Shown here piece by piece: positions 23,290-36,537 of a stretch of 64,000 nucleotides of DNA (positions are counted from its first letter, which is position 1; each line of letters opens with the position of its first letter). Source of the stretch: Phyllosticta citribraziliensis. Taxonomy: Eukaryota. The stretch spans positions 1,798,001 to 1,862,000 of the forward strand of contig NW_027117339.1 in the NCBI RefSeq assembly GCF_038025025.1, written 5' to 3'. The position numbers and the translations under genes are program-made. Below the pieces are notes generated by a model that saw only the letters and a list, made by a program, of their open reading frames with translations, searched no databases and had not been told where the DNA came from.

Positions 23290-23768
23290 CTAGAAGAACA
23301 GCCTCAGCAGTTCGAAGATGAGGCCACCGCAAACGACGAAGGCGAGGACGACTGCAATGCGGAGGACGAGTCAGCCAACGTGCACCTTGAGATAATTGCC
23401 AGCCCCTCAAATATGCCACTCCATGTGTGTTCGCGCGCCAGTCCACTGCAACGTTTGCCAGGGGAGGGAGCGGTTGTCAACGTACGGACCCAGCCCTTGC
23501 TAATGGGCGCCTTCTGCACCTCCTGCTTCTTGACGACGGGGGCTGATTTGCCGCGCTTGGCCGCTTCAGCCTTGGCGAAGCGCTCGTTGGCGAGGCGTTG
23601 CTGGGGAGTTTGGGCCTGCGCGTACTGTGTTAGTCAAGAGTCTTTGGCGCGAAGGTGATGGGTGGTGTTGGGAACACGTTGTTAAACGAGGGGAATGTTT
23701 GAGCGGGAATACGGAGGTGTAAGGCATGGGAAATTTGCGAGAAAGCGCGTGGACGGGGAAAGTACCAT
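23290..23768 (-). CDS. RAMP4: RAMP4/SERP1 (Ysy6) ribosome-associated ER membrane protein (3 coding exons, the first being ATG only)
   Basis: M|AQTPQQRLANERFAK...KAPISKGWV|LVLAFVVCGGLIFELLRLFF*. Exons 23768-23766, 23615-23486, 23351-23290. Not visible in the ORF track. Confidence 0.92.
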
Positions 23769-24241
23769 TGCGTTGGTGGGGAGTGTTGAGGTTGTTTGGT
23801 CAAGGGAGAGAGAGACACGGGGTGGTGCGGCGAGCTACGGTAGGTCGATGTCCGCGGAGGAGGCGCGGAGGTGATGGCTGGAGCTGGGTGCTGGATCGGG
23901 ACTGTAGCTGTCGAGGAGCGTATGGGGGCAGTGAGAAATTTCCGAAGAAAATAAGGGCAATTGCAAAAAGAAGCGTCTCTCGACTCAGTCGCGGAGCTGT
24001 GTTTGTTGGTGGTCGTTTGGGTAGGGTTCGGATAGACAGGTGGTCCCTTGGGGAAAGTGGATGCCCGGCCCTGGGATGTTCGTTCGCGAGACTGAAGACC
24101 GACGGCAACTCCTTCCCCTCCGCGCTCGTCCATTTTTATATCCAACGACTCGACAACAGAGACCACGTTTCGTCGAATCCTCTGCCGCTCCCGCTTCTTG
24201 TCATCATCAAGAAAGAGTCATACCCTTTGCGCAATTGGACA

Positions 24242-24988
24242 ATGTTCGCCGCTCGCTCAACTGCATCGATGATGCTCCCGCGCACGAGCGCTGCGCGACC
24301 ACAATGGGCCCGTCCAACAATGCTGGCTTCGGTCGTCAACAAAGCAGTCGCGGGGAAACGCGAGCAGAGGTCTGGGTACTCGTCGCAGCAGCAGCAGCAA
24401 CAACATCAGCAGAAAAAGCCAGAGCAGCAGGAACCGCCGGCATCAAATCCGCATGTGAGAGCCTACCTTTCCACGCACAACACCAACCTGCCAAACATGC
24501 TAACCTTGCTCCTCGTTCGCAGAGAGACTTCTACAAAGACTTTGGCCCGCCAATTCTCAAGGTCTTCTTCGGCGCCTTCATCGTCTACCAAGGTCTCTAC
24601 TACGGCTGGCTCAAGCTCGAAGACATCGAAAAGAGGCACGACTCCGAAGGTGCGTAAGAAAGAAGAAGAAGAAGAAGTAGTAGCCGGGACGAGTGCGCGC
24701 GCCTCGCCACCAGCCCGCCGACACAATCCGCAACCAAGACATCCTTTCTCTTGCTCGCTGAGCTGTCCGAATCGCACAATCATATGGCGGGTGGGAATAG
24801 GGCAGAGTGCGTACGCAAGTGGATCGCGGACCGGGCGCTGATTGTTATGTTTGATCTCGACAGCGGAGATTGAACGGCTGAAAGCCCAGATCCAAGAAGC
24901 GCAGTCCAAGGCCAAGGCGACGCTGCATCCCGACGAGGCGGCGCAAGATGGATGCTCTCCCAAGAGCTCTTGGTACAAGTTTTGGTAG
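24242..24988 (+). CDS. Mitochondrial single-TM coiled-coil protein, INA17-like (3 exons)
   Basis: Arg/Ser-rich presequence and poly-Q, then NPH|RDFYKDFGPPILKVFFGAFIVYQGLYYGWLKLE...|EIERLKAQIQEAQ...WYKFW*. Introns ~24455-24522 and 24650-24864. The family assignment is tentative. Confidence 0.7.
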
Positions 24989-25552
24989 GATATTAGTTGG
25001 CTTCCGGTAACCACCATCATCGCTACCACCACACATGCCAGCATTCGGACGTCAGGTGCTCCGTATCTTTCCGAGCATCTGGCCAGTCGGACGTCTGCAG
25101 TGCGTCCAAATACCCAGCGACAACTGCTATTGGCAAGACTTCTCTTAAAGCGAGGTAAAATGTATTGGCTAAAAGCGTGAGCCGCATATCCTTGGCAACC
25201 GGCAACATGGCGCGGGTAGAGCCGCAGAGGACATCCCGAATTCTCCCATTTCGTTCGCACTGGATTGAAAACGGCTTCGAAAAGTCAATCGGCAAAGGCT
25301 TGAAAAATCCAAGTTTTGTATCCGTATTGTGTCCAAAGCTGGCGTAATGTCAAATCGAGTAGCAGTCAGATTCAGTCAGATTCAGTCCCTAGCCGAACAG
25401 AGCAAGCGATGAGGATGCTGGGCAATCAAAACCCGTAATGAGCACGTGGAAAGGCATTGATTCTAGGCCTAGTGCGCCACCATGCAATTATCGTCATGTT
25501 TGTCCCCGGCAGCGTCTCAAAGTCGACTTCCGTCCCAGCCCAGCAACGTCCC

Positions 25553-26893
25553 CTACAACTTCTGGTAATCCAGCTTACCCTCCAGCTTCTTCGTCTCGGC
25601 CATCTTCCGCACTGCCTTGTTGAAGTCGTCTTGATTGATCGAGTCCCGGTAGTCTTTGATCGCAAACAGACCGCTAGGAACTGGTTAGCTCGTGCAATAT
25701 GCGGAGAAGATAAAACGCTTACGCTTCAGTGATCACGTTGCGCAAGTCAGCACCGTTGAAACCGTCGCTCATCTTGACAATGCTCTCAAAGTCAATCTCC
25801 CCCTCGGTCTGAACGCCACCGGCATGAATCTTGAGAACCTCCAGTCGGCCGACCTCGTTGGGAAGCGGGATCTCAATCTTCCTGTCCAAACGACCGGCAC
25901 GCAGCAAGGCCGGGTCTAGTGTGTCGGGCCGGTTCGTGGCCATGATGATCTTGGTCTTGCCTAGGTAGTCGAATCCGTCCAACTGGTTGAGCAACTCCAT
26001 CAAGGTGCGCTGAATTTCACGATCCGCCGAGGTACCCTCCGAGAATCTCCTTCCGCCAATCGCGTCGATTTCGTCCATGAAGATGATGCAGGGTTCGTGT
26101 TCCTTGGCGTAGCCAAACATCTCGCGGATGAGACGGGCAGACTCTCCGATGTACTTGTCGACAATGGCAGACGAGACAACTAGACGACAATGTTAGCGAA
26201 TCAGAAGCTCGACCGAAATTCAGGCACTACGAACCCTTCAAAAAGTTGGTCTCCAGACTACTCGCCACAGCACGCGCCAAAAGCGTCTTTCCTGTACCGG
26301 GCGGGCCGTAGAGTAGCACACCCTTGGGAGGCTTGATGCCTACCCGCAGGAAGAGTTCTGGGTTCTTGAGGGGAAGCTCGATGACCTCACGAAGCTCTCT
26401 GATCTGATCGTTGAGACCACCGATACCACTGAAGTTGACCTGGCCGGGATCCTCCAACGACATGTTGTACACCAACGGGTCGACTTCACGGGGAAGCATG
26501 CGCATGATGGTGAGGGTGGTCATATCTAATGCGACGCGAGTGCCCTGCTTGAGCTTTGCCTTGTCGACCTTGGAGCGGCAGCCAACGACGTATCGGGGTC
26601 CTGACGATGCCTTGACGATGACTGGGCAATCCATTAGCTTGAGATAGGCGCTGATGATGCGAAGGGGGCAGCCCACATCTTTCCTCGTCCAACTGCTTCA
26701 GCACCTCTCCTATTATCTGTCCCACGCTCTGCAGCGCCTTGATGTTCTCCTCGGACACGTCGTAGTCGCGCTGCAGGCCCTTGATCTCCAACCGCAGAGC
26801 CTTGAGCCTGGCTTCCCATTCCCTTGAGCTCAGGAGCTTATCCTTGTACTCTTCAAGCGCGCGTCCGCGCTCGGGGTCGGAGGTGTCGGCCAT
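25553..26893 (-). CDS. RPT4: 26S proteasome regulatory AAA-ATPase subunit 10B (4 exons)
   Basis: [38 protein letters not shown] Walker A, IIFMDEID Walker B, C-terminus [11 protein letters not shown]. Confidence 0.98.
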
Positions 26894-27071
26894 GACGCTG
26901 ATGTGAGGTTGGCTTCGGATGTAGAGTTGAGGTTGTTGCAGGCTCTCCGAAGACTCGAAGTTCAGGCAGAGAGGTGAGTGCGAGCTGCCGGACCAGCAGG
27001 TAGGTTCGAGGTAGGAACGGCGACGCGATGGAGACGGGGAGGGCGTTGGTGGATGGATGGAAGTTGATGGA

Positions 27072-27077
27072 GGAGCT
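27072..27077. promoter_or_regulatory. Possible Pezizomycotina Rpn4-type proteasome promoter element (GGAGCT)
   Basis: GGAGCT lies ~180 nt upstream of the RPT4 start. It is only a 6-mer and could occur by chance. Confidence 0.25.
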
Positions 27078-27968
27078 CTACCAGAGCGCTGCTACAGCAT
27101 CACAGCTGCCGGCCGGAGAGGTCCAAGCGGGCTTGGCGAATGAGGCGGCGAGTGAGTCAACATGTGTGCCTGAGGCAGTATATGCTAGTCATGTTTGGCA
27201 AAACTTCGGGGACGCGAAGGGCGAATCAAGACTCGCGCCTCAGGCACTTGGTGGCATCCAAGGACCTCACGAAGGGATGCAATGGTGGGACTACTACGCT
27301 GGGTGGTCTCTGAGCTGCCAAGCTGGCCCGTCGTGATCTTGGCATCCATGATGAAATGCTATCAGCGTTCTATTTGTGTCATGACATGGACTTTTGGCTC
27401 GAATGTGTCACGACGGTTCGGAGGCCGAGGGTTTTAAAACGGTTGGTCATCGGTATGATCAACCCGTTGTGTCAAAGGGTTCGGGTCGGGTGGGTGGTCG
27501 GAGCCCGTCGCCGGCGGGTTACTGGGCGGTAACCTGGTACCGATCCCGTTAGGGTCCAATCAGGAGAAGCAGTTGTGCCCCTCTACTAGTCCAGAATGCG
27601 AGAGGCGCCTTTACCGCAACACGCGGGCCAAGCTACGAGCGACCCCGCCATCATTCAACAAAATTCTCGTCCTTCGCCCTCCTGCTGCGCCGTTTCATCC
27701 CAATTCTCTCGAGCCTTTGCATCCAAGAACATCTGCCATCACCTTCGCATCAGGGTAAGTCAATGCCCTTATTTATTCCCTCACACCAACCGGCCCACTT
27801 GCCGTGTCACCAGTGGGATGAGATCTGGCTACCCAAACCGTGCGTCGGCAAACCAACACCGTGATACGCTGGGGGGGCCGCTTTTCCTCAAGACATTGAG
27901 CCCACTGGGCGTCTGACATCACGCCAATGGGACTCCGTGCCTGGCGCTCGTCGCCGATCCAAACAGTC

Positions 27969-27975
27969 TATAAAA
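27969..27975 (+). promoter_or_regulatory. TATA box of enolase proximal promoter
   Basis: TATAAAA 68 nt upstream of the ATG, followed by a CT-rich tract. Confidence 0.6.
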
Positions 27976-28012
27976 TACGCCGCTGTCCTCTCCCACCTCT
28001 TGCTTGGACTAA

Positions 28013-29563
<1,551 letters not shown>

Positions 29564-30511
29564 ATTCAATGATATCACGACCATAGGGCTAGACCGGACC
29601 ATGAAGGAAACTGGACGTACGATGGGACGAATTTCGATCTGAGAGGGCTTGAAGGACCTCGGTATGGTAGAGATGAATGAAAAAGCAGATATCCCCTTCA
29701 TTCTCCGCTTGTTGCCGTGATTACTTTCTGGGCGCGCGGCAGTCTGGCCACGAGAAGTCCCCATGGCACGGTCGCGTCGAATTTGGTCTGTATGCTGACA
29801 TGGCGCGCAGGCAGACATGCGCGTTTTCCCTTTTCCCCTTTCCGTAACATGCTATTCCTCCTGCTTCCTGGATTGTCCGTCTGCATCGGAGCAGCGCGGC
29901 TCGACGTTGACCAGTCGACCGTGTTCAGTGCGGAAAACCTCGTGCGACCGAACAAAGACTTGACAATAGCTTGGCCAAGATTGGAATGCTGAGGTGTACT
30001 ATCAACCACTTCAGTAAAGCTTGACCGCGACAACATCAAGTCGCAAAACAAACAGATAGCGAAATAGACGCGCCACCATATTCAGCATATCCATCAGCTT
30101 TCTGAAATGCGTCCGCCAACAAATCGGGGTCTGTTCCATGCTCTCTCCTACCACCGCAGTTGTTCACATCTAGGGCTGAAACCTCCTGAGCATCCAAGAC
30201 ATACTGCTTGGCACAAAGCAGTCTCACGGTCAAACGCATTCCTCTCAAGAAGAAGCGGCCCTGAGTCCCGTAAGGAGCGACGCGTGAAGAACACCTCCAA
30301 GACCATGCATTCCAAGATACAGTAAACAACCGCAAGCGGGCTTATAAGCTGCGTGGCCATCTTCGCAGCCTGCTCCACCAACTGTCTTTAATTTTCCATT
30401 GCTTCCGCTTGGTTTGGCCGTCCGTCACTCATTGTCTGAATTGTCGCTCCTTCGCGAAAAGCTCCCTCTGTTTCTTCACCTTTCCCTACACACACTCCTA
30501 ATATACCCCAA

Positions 30512-31438
30512 ATGAGGACAACAGCCGTGGCAGTGCTGGCGGTCGTTGCTGGCGCCTCTGCGCAAAGCCTCGTCCCCAGCTACATCACACACGTCTACTA
30601 TGACGACTGTGTCTCGTCCATGAGCACTCCAGTCGTTACCGAAACCGACGAGGTCATCATCACCACATGCCCTTCGTGCACGCACAAGAGCACGCCTTCA
30701 GCAACGGCCAGCGCATCGGGAGTATCGCTTACCCCTATTCCCACTTTGCACACCACCGTCTACACGACATCCTACGTAACCCTCTGCTCGACTGGCCTGG
30801 TGCCAAATACCTACACCGTCACGGAAACTTGCTCTGGAGAAACCCCAACGTGGCCAATGACAACCTCCAATTACCTCCCGCCTGGGTTCACCACTACCGT
30901 TACCGTTTGTACCGTTTGCCACAGCGATCATCCTACCACGGTCACTCTCACCGTGCCTTGCGACACCACTCCAGCCTCCTCGCCGGCTACTTCTCCCACT
31001 AGCAGCGCCTCAGGCTCTTCTGGTTCAGCATCCCCGGCGTCATCGTCGTCGTCTTCACCAACTGCGTCGGCGACTGCCAGCGGACTCAGTAGATCCCCAT
31101 CTGCTTCCAGCTCGTCGTCTGCTTCCAGCTCTCCATCTGCTTCGAGCGGTGCTACCTCTGCTCTCGAGGACGTGACCACTACCACCACTGTCTGCGCCAA
31201 GTGTTCGCACAGCAGCACAAGCGGAGCTTCTGGAAGCATCACCGGCAGCTCCAATGGCGTCTCTCAATCAGTCTCGACGCCCACCACGCCGACAACGCCA
31301 ACCACGCCTACCACGACCTTGACGCCCACCTCTTCCGGTGTCGTCATGGCGACCGGCGCCGCCGCAGCGCACTTCCCCGACTGGAGGGCCTCGGCTGGCT
31401 TCTTGGGCGCTGTCGCGGCGGGTGCCATATTCTTGTAA
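30512..31438 (+). CDS. GPI-anchored Ser/Thr-rich cell wall protein
   Basis: Signal peptide, CxxC/Thr-rich repeats, Ser/Thr/Pro stalk and hydrophobic C-terminal GPI-type signal (ATGAAAA...FLGAVAAGAIFL). Confidence 0.88.
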   Translation: MRTTAVAVLAVVAGASAQSLVPSYITHVYYDDCVSSMSTPVVTETDEVIITTCPSCTHKSTPSATASASGVSLTPIPTLHTTVYTTSYVTLCSTGLVPNTYTVTETCSGETPTWPMTTSNYLPPGFTTTVTVCTVCHSDHPTTVTLTVPCDTTPASSPATSPTSSASGSSGSASPASSSSSSPTASATASGLSRSPSASSSSSASSSPSASSGATSALEDVTTTTTVCAKCSHSSTSGASGSITGSSNGVSQSVSTPTTPTTPTTPTTTLTPTSSGVVMATGAAAAHFPDWRASAGFLGAVAAGAIFL

Positions 31439-32380
31439 AAGAGCGACGAAAGTCGTGGCCTTTATGACGATATGACTACTAGGATAAAGTGAGTGCTCTT
31501 CCCCTCCTGCAGAACCGCGAATCATCTTTTGGTCTAACCATTACGCGTTCAGGCTTGGAAAATCTGGCATACTCGCGGTGTGGCGCTCGGAGCTCCTTTT
31601 TTTGTTGTCTTGTCCACTCACACTGTCTTTACCTTTCTGGAGGAATCGATTGGTTACCGCCCGCCTCAAGCTTTTTGGAACTCTTTTACATCTTAATTCA
31701 GACAATGCCTTACCTTCTTCCAATGGTATATTCATAGATAATCTCTTTCTCTCCGTTCATCGTTTTTCGTTTCGCCACACGGACGAAGGCGAGTTTGACT
31801 GGGCTGTGTTCAGGCCTAGCGCCTATGTAATCGTAATTTTGTTGCCTGCAATACTTTGTGGCGGCAAGAAAGCCAACAGAATGCTCCTCAGTTTTCGGAC
31901 TGCCTGCATCGTGACTTGCTCATCGCGTGAGGTTCCTACCTGAAGTAGTTGATTCGCCGTCGCTCCCGAACGTAGCCTCCTATCTCAGATCAGTGCCATC
32001 TCAAGTACGAGAAATCCATCGGATCGGGGCAAAAACCTGCGGCGTTCGATATCGGTCTCTTCGAGACTACTGCTCTGAGGGATTCAGATGTTCCTCGCCT
32101 TGTCATCCAAAAGCTTGAAACTCACGTCGACTGCTTCAGGGGTTTTCCGCATCTCTTCGACATCTCACCTCAACTTCTCAAAAAAGTGAATCGACCTAAC
32201 CCGCCCTGTATCGATCTCCGGGACTGCTCAAACTCTCTTGATCTCGTCACAGTGCGCGACACATCCTTCCACCCCAACCATCACCACAACACCATAATTA
32301 CCGTACACAGACACTCGCTACCAAACTACGGCAGCCCTCGCTACCAAGCAAAAAGGGAGCAGCAAAAAGTTTAACAGCAG

Positions 32381-32466
32381 TGGGTCGGCTAGGATTTGAA
32401 CCTAGAACTTGCTGCGACTTGGTTTTTGTTGGCCGCAACACGTGTTTTCCTATACACTCCCAACCC
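32381..32466 (-). ncRNA. tRNA-like RNA copy A (atypical or pseudo tRNA; GCC at the anticodon position if a 14-nt intron is assumed)
   Basis: Acceptor GGGTTGG/CCGACCC+A, D-stem GTGT/ACAC, T-arm CTAGG-TTCAAAT-CCTAG (B box), 9-bp anticodon-position stem, TTTTT terminator ~12 nt downstream. Confidence 0.75.
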
Positions 32467-32985
32467 TTCGGTCATGGGAACGAGCTGTATAGTGTGGTAC
32501 TGGCGGGTGTACTTCTTAAATTAAAGAAAACTGAATCGCGGTTCTCTTGTCGCCACAGGTAAGTGACCTTCCAGCAACGCTTTTTCTTCATTTGTGATTG
32601 TTGTACTTTCATTTCGTGCTCCATTTCATCTGATTCTTCCTCGCGGGGAGTGATTCCACCAGAAAACAAGACACTCAGTTTACGATTACACCTCTCATCA
32701 AGCATCCATTTCATCGCCACTTCTGCCTCGCTTTACTTCTCTCTCGTGGTGATGATCTGGCCCGTGTATCGTTGGTTCCTTCCAAGGTTGACAATAGGGG
32801 AGAAAGGGAGCGATCATGGGAGCTTCAAGATGCCAAAAAAGTTCCCCAAAAGTTGACGCAAAGCATTTTCTGGACCCCAGGGTCTTCCAGAGATCCCTGA
32901 CCCACCCAACTACCACGCTCGGTACCAAGCTTTCTCACCAGGGCAAATCAAAAGAATGAGATGGCAAAAGGTTTACCAGCAGTGC

Positions 32986-33072
32986 TAGGTTGACCATGAC
33001 TTGAACCTGAGACTCGTTGCGGCTTGGTTGGTGTTGACCGCGACACATGTTTTCCACACACACCTCCAACCC
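32986..33072 (-). ncRNA. tRNA-like RNA copy B (GTC at the anticodon position)
   Basis: Acceptor GGGTTGG/TCAACCT+A, D-stem GTGT/ACAT, T-arm TCAGG-TTCAAGT-CATGG, extended stem TGTCGCGGT/GCCGCAACG, downstream TTTT, upstream TTTATAAA. Confidence 0.65.
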
Positions 33073-33903
33073 CGTCATGGGAACGCTGTATAGTAGGATA
33101 CTGGCGAATTTCTTTATAAATTGACGAAGAATTATCATCTGGCACTGCAAATTGCAGTCTCCTAGTCGCAAAAGATAAAAGTCTGGTTTTTCGAATCCTC
33201 GAGCATAGCGCGAAGCCCCTGAATCAATACTCGAGGTTTTAAAGGATGCTCCTTAACCAACCTTGACTCCAGTGTGTGGGACTCTCCCCGTGATTCTAAA
33301 AACTCACTCGACTGCATTGTTATTCCTCGACATTTATTGACACCAATTGGTAATGCACTTCGCTTTCCATAAACCTTCGACACGCGGCCTTTCTCCTCAT
33401 AGCCTCCAGACCATGCCACGCGGAGCAACATAAAGGTTTTTTCTCCAAAAATAAAGCGACATTCTTTGTTGATTACACAGTGGCGCTGCGACACATGATG
33501 GTCAAGCTTTTTCTGGAACAATGAGAACAAAGTGAGTCAGAAGATCCGACACAGTCGCAGTATATATTCACCCATGCCCAGATTTTTCGTCGCCCAATCG
33601 TCAATTCTATTCTGTTTGTTCATTCGAGAGACGTCTACTTCCTTCGTTGTAATTTCTCTCAAGCTGGAACTTGATCACCACACCACCTTCGTTTCGAGTA
33701 CATAGGTCCCTTGGACTGCTTCGATTCGCACCGTACACTAATATAGTGAGGACTGCCACCTTTTATACCCATCTACATTCGTTTCTGCTCTGGAGAACAC
33801 ACTGCAGCTTTTACCCCCCCAAAGCATCCGAGAAGAAACCAAAAAGCAAAACTTCAAAGAAGTCCGAGAAAGGAGAGAAGGCGAACTTTGGCAAATTAAA
33901 GTA

Positions 33904-36537
33904 ATGCCGCAACATAATCAGCAACCACACCACGTGCGCCACTTGCCGGCCGAGGCAGATAGACTGCAAGACACCGTTTCGGCCGCCGTCCACGCCGCTC
34001 GCGCTGCCTCGTCACGCTCAACTCCAACACCAGCGTCTGCTGCGACTCGACCCCGACCCTCCGACGACAAGACGTCGACCTTTGCCCAGCGACACGCTGA
34101 CTTCCGCAGTTTCGCACCTCATCAACAGCACCGGCAACGACCAGCCGCATCCGGGTCAGCGTCGGGGTCCAGTTCGCTGAAGAAGTTCCTCGCCGAGTTC
34201 AAAGAGACGTATCGCGCGGCGCCGGAGAACGACACAGCGGTCCTGAGCCGCGAGGTGCGCGAGTGGTATCGCGATCGCAAGGAGGGGAAGAAGGAAAATG
34301 TCGCGGCGCAGGTGAGGGCGCACGTTCAACTGCAGCAGCAGCAGGAGGAAGAGGCACAGAGGCTTTTGCGCGTGCAAGAAGAGCAGTATAGGCAACAGCA
34401 GGAGCTGCTGCAGCACCAACAGCGATTGGTCATCGAAAAGCAGGCGTCGGTGGCACCGAGGATCGAAGTGACAGAGGCGCCGGACGAGGAGGACTGGCGC
34501 AGCGGGAGAGCAGCGCCCTCGCCTCCAGAGCAGTTTTTCGACTTTGTTGTCAGGGAGCGAGCGACGGAGAGTTCAAAGTCGACGGCGTCTGATGCTGGCG
34601 TCACTGTGTCCACAGATGCTGCGAAATATCACAGTCCTCCTGAAGAGCTGCGCCCTTGCACGCAGGGGTACCGTCAAGATGATGATCTCGATCGACCATC
34701 AGAACATGGCGCCGCCGTGTGCAACAAAACCGATTACAAAATTCGCGCAGCTCCTCGAGCCGGCCGCCTGCTCTACGCATCCGAGCGAATCTGCTACGGA
34801 CCCAACGAGCAGCCGCCCCAAAGGCCCGCGCAGCCCGACGACCTCGAAGTGCTCAAGTCCAAGATCCAAGACATCAAGACAGACATCATGGAGGGGCGAC
34901 AAAGGCACAAAGCCGCCAAAGCCGCGCGGCGGCTGGCCGAATCCGAGAACAAAGAAACCGAAGCGCGCGAGAAGTGGCGGCGGGAGATGAAGACACGAAT
35001 CGGAGGGCCAGTCCTGCTCGTCGCGGGCGAAGAGAGGATTGGCATTTCAGGCGGCGCGAGGCAGAGTCTGGACGAGTTGTCGCCCGTTCGCTCGCCCGTG
35101 TCGCCGCTGAGACGCCACAGCTCGCCTGCTGTTTCGCCTGTCGTTGCGAGGCCTTTTGCGCCCCCTGGACACGTCCTCATCGTCCCCCAGGTCATTCCGT
35201 CACCAGTTGACAGCAACCGCAGATCCTCGCCGCCAGCCTTGTACGCGACTCACGCGGCGCGCTTTACGCAGTGGGACGACTTTGTCAATCCGCGTCCGAC
35301 TCCACCCACTCCCCCTGTCCTGCCCCCAGCGCCCCCTGGCACTGCGTCGTCGTCCATCATCAACACCACTCGCACGACGCAATCCACAACACGACAAGCA
35401 CCTTCGGTATGGACTCCTCCAGCGTCTTCCAAGTCGACTTTTTCTTCCACCTCGATGACCTCTTCCAAAGCGGCCTTCGCCTCCATCGCCTTCAAGCCCA
35501 CGCTCCCTAAGCTCTTTACTCGCGGCATCCATCTTCCACGGCACCACCATGCATCCAGCGCTTCTAGCGGCAGCCACTCGGGAGCCTCGTCATTTGGCTG
35601 TCGTGGCATCAGCGCTGGCGCCGAGGCAAACGGTGTGGCGGCCATGATGTTGCGCGCGGCGCGGGCGTCGGTCGTCCAGCAGCAGGAACAGCGCCGGGAA
35701 AGCCCCAGGGCAAAGAAAGACGGTGGATTTCGTAGTCCTCTGTCCCCGATCCAGCGCGTGAGTCCGCTGGCCGTGGAGTTTGGAGGTGAGCGGAACAGCA
35801 GCAGCAGCAGTGTGAGTGATATAGAGGCGGACGAGGACCTGGAGCGGACGCAAAGCCGCTACAGCGTCATGGCAGCCGTGCCGTCGCCGCTGAATGTCAG
35901 GAAGACGGCGACGACGCCGTTGGTGGAGCGTCGGGTTCCTCGTCATGATTATGATCATCATCATCAACATCATCATCATGGCGAGGAGCGCTACGATTCG
36001 ATGCTCTCGCCCTCTTCCCCTTCGCACAACCGTGGAGGTCACAATGATACCTCGCGCGCTGTCTCCACCTTCAGCCGGCCGTCGTGGTGGACGTGGGAGT
36101 CGTCGGCATCGATTTCACCAGAGTCGTCGCCGTCGCTGCCTCACCACAACAACAACAACAACAACAGCAACAGCACACTATCCCAGAAGCAGGCCAAGGC
36201 GTGCGACTCGGACTCGGACTCGGAATCGCTGTACACAGCACCGCCGCCGCCCCGCCAAAGAGCTGACAATGGCGAGGAACCGCGGCAGCAGTCGTACATT
36301 CCACCGCGCGCGAATTGGACGACCGACTCGCTCAAGACTTCAATCGACCCTTCGACAATCGCCTCGTCCTCTTCAGCTTCGACTTCGTCCACGTACCCCA
36401 CAAGCAATAGCAGCATCGGCAGCGGCAGTGACGCCACCGGCGGCGCCACGGCCCAAGGAGTCAAGGAGAAGACGCGCTTCTGGGATGATGTGAGAAGGGG
36501 ATTACGGCCGTCGAATGCGTCGTTTGCGCGGAGATGA
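33904..36537 (+). CDS. Hypothetical low-complexity protein (877 aa; coiled-coil N-half, Ser/Pro/His/Asn-rich disordered C-half)
   Basis: Single long ORF with poly-Q, poly-H and poly-N tracts and many SP motifs. No domain recognised. Confidence 0.75.
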   Translation: MPQHNQQPHHVRHLPAEADRLQDTVSAAVHAARAASSRSTPTPASAATRPRPSDDKTSTFAQRHADFRSFAPHQQHRQRPAASGSASGSSSLKKFLAEFKETYRAAPENDTAVLSREVREWYRDRKEGKKENVAAQVRAHVQLQQQQEEEAQRLLRVQEEQYRQQQELLQHQQRLVIEKQASVAPRIEVTEAPDEEDWRSGRAAPSPPEQFFDFVVRERATESSKSTASDAGVTVSTDAAKYHSPPEELRPCTQGYRQDDDLDRPSEHGAAVCNKTDYKIRAAPRAGRLLYASERICYGPNEQPPQRPAQPDDLEVLKSKIQDIKTDIMEGRQRHKAAKAARRLAESENKETEAREKWRREMKTRIGGPVLLVAGEERIGISGGARQSLDELSPVRSPVSPLRRHSSPAVSPVVARPFAPPGHVLIVPQVIPSPVDSNRRSSPPALYATHAARFTQWDDFVNPRPTPPTPPVLPPAPPGTASSSIINTTRTTQSTTRQAPSVWTPPASSKSTFSSTSMTSSKAAFASIAFKPTLPKLFTRGIHLPRHHHASSASSGSHSGASSFGCRGISAGAEANGVAAMMLRAARASVVQQQEQRRESPRAKKDGGFRSPLSPIQRVSPLAVEFGGERNSSSSSVSDIEADEDLERTQSRYSVMAAVPSPLNVRKTATTPLVERRVPRHDYDHHHQHHHHGEERYDSMLSPSSPSHNRGGHNDTSRAVSTFSRPSWWTWESSASISPESSPSLPHHNNNNNNSNSTLSQKQAKACDSDSDSESLYTAPPPPRQRADNGEEPRQQSYIPPRANWTTDSLKTSIDPSTIASSSSASTSSTYPTSNSSIGSGSDATGGATAQGVKEKTRFWDDVRRGLRPSNASFARR

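Larger units (their letters stand above)
32362..33130. repeat. Diverged direct duplication (~170 bp units at 32362-32530 and 32964-33130)
   Basis: The units align by eye throughout, e.g. GCAAAA.GTTTA.CAGCAGTG, TTGAACCT, TGTTTTCC, GTCATGGGAACG, CTGTATAGT, TACTGGCG. Confidence 0.9.
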
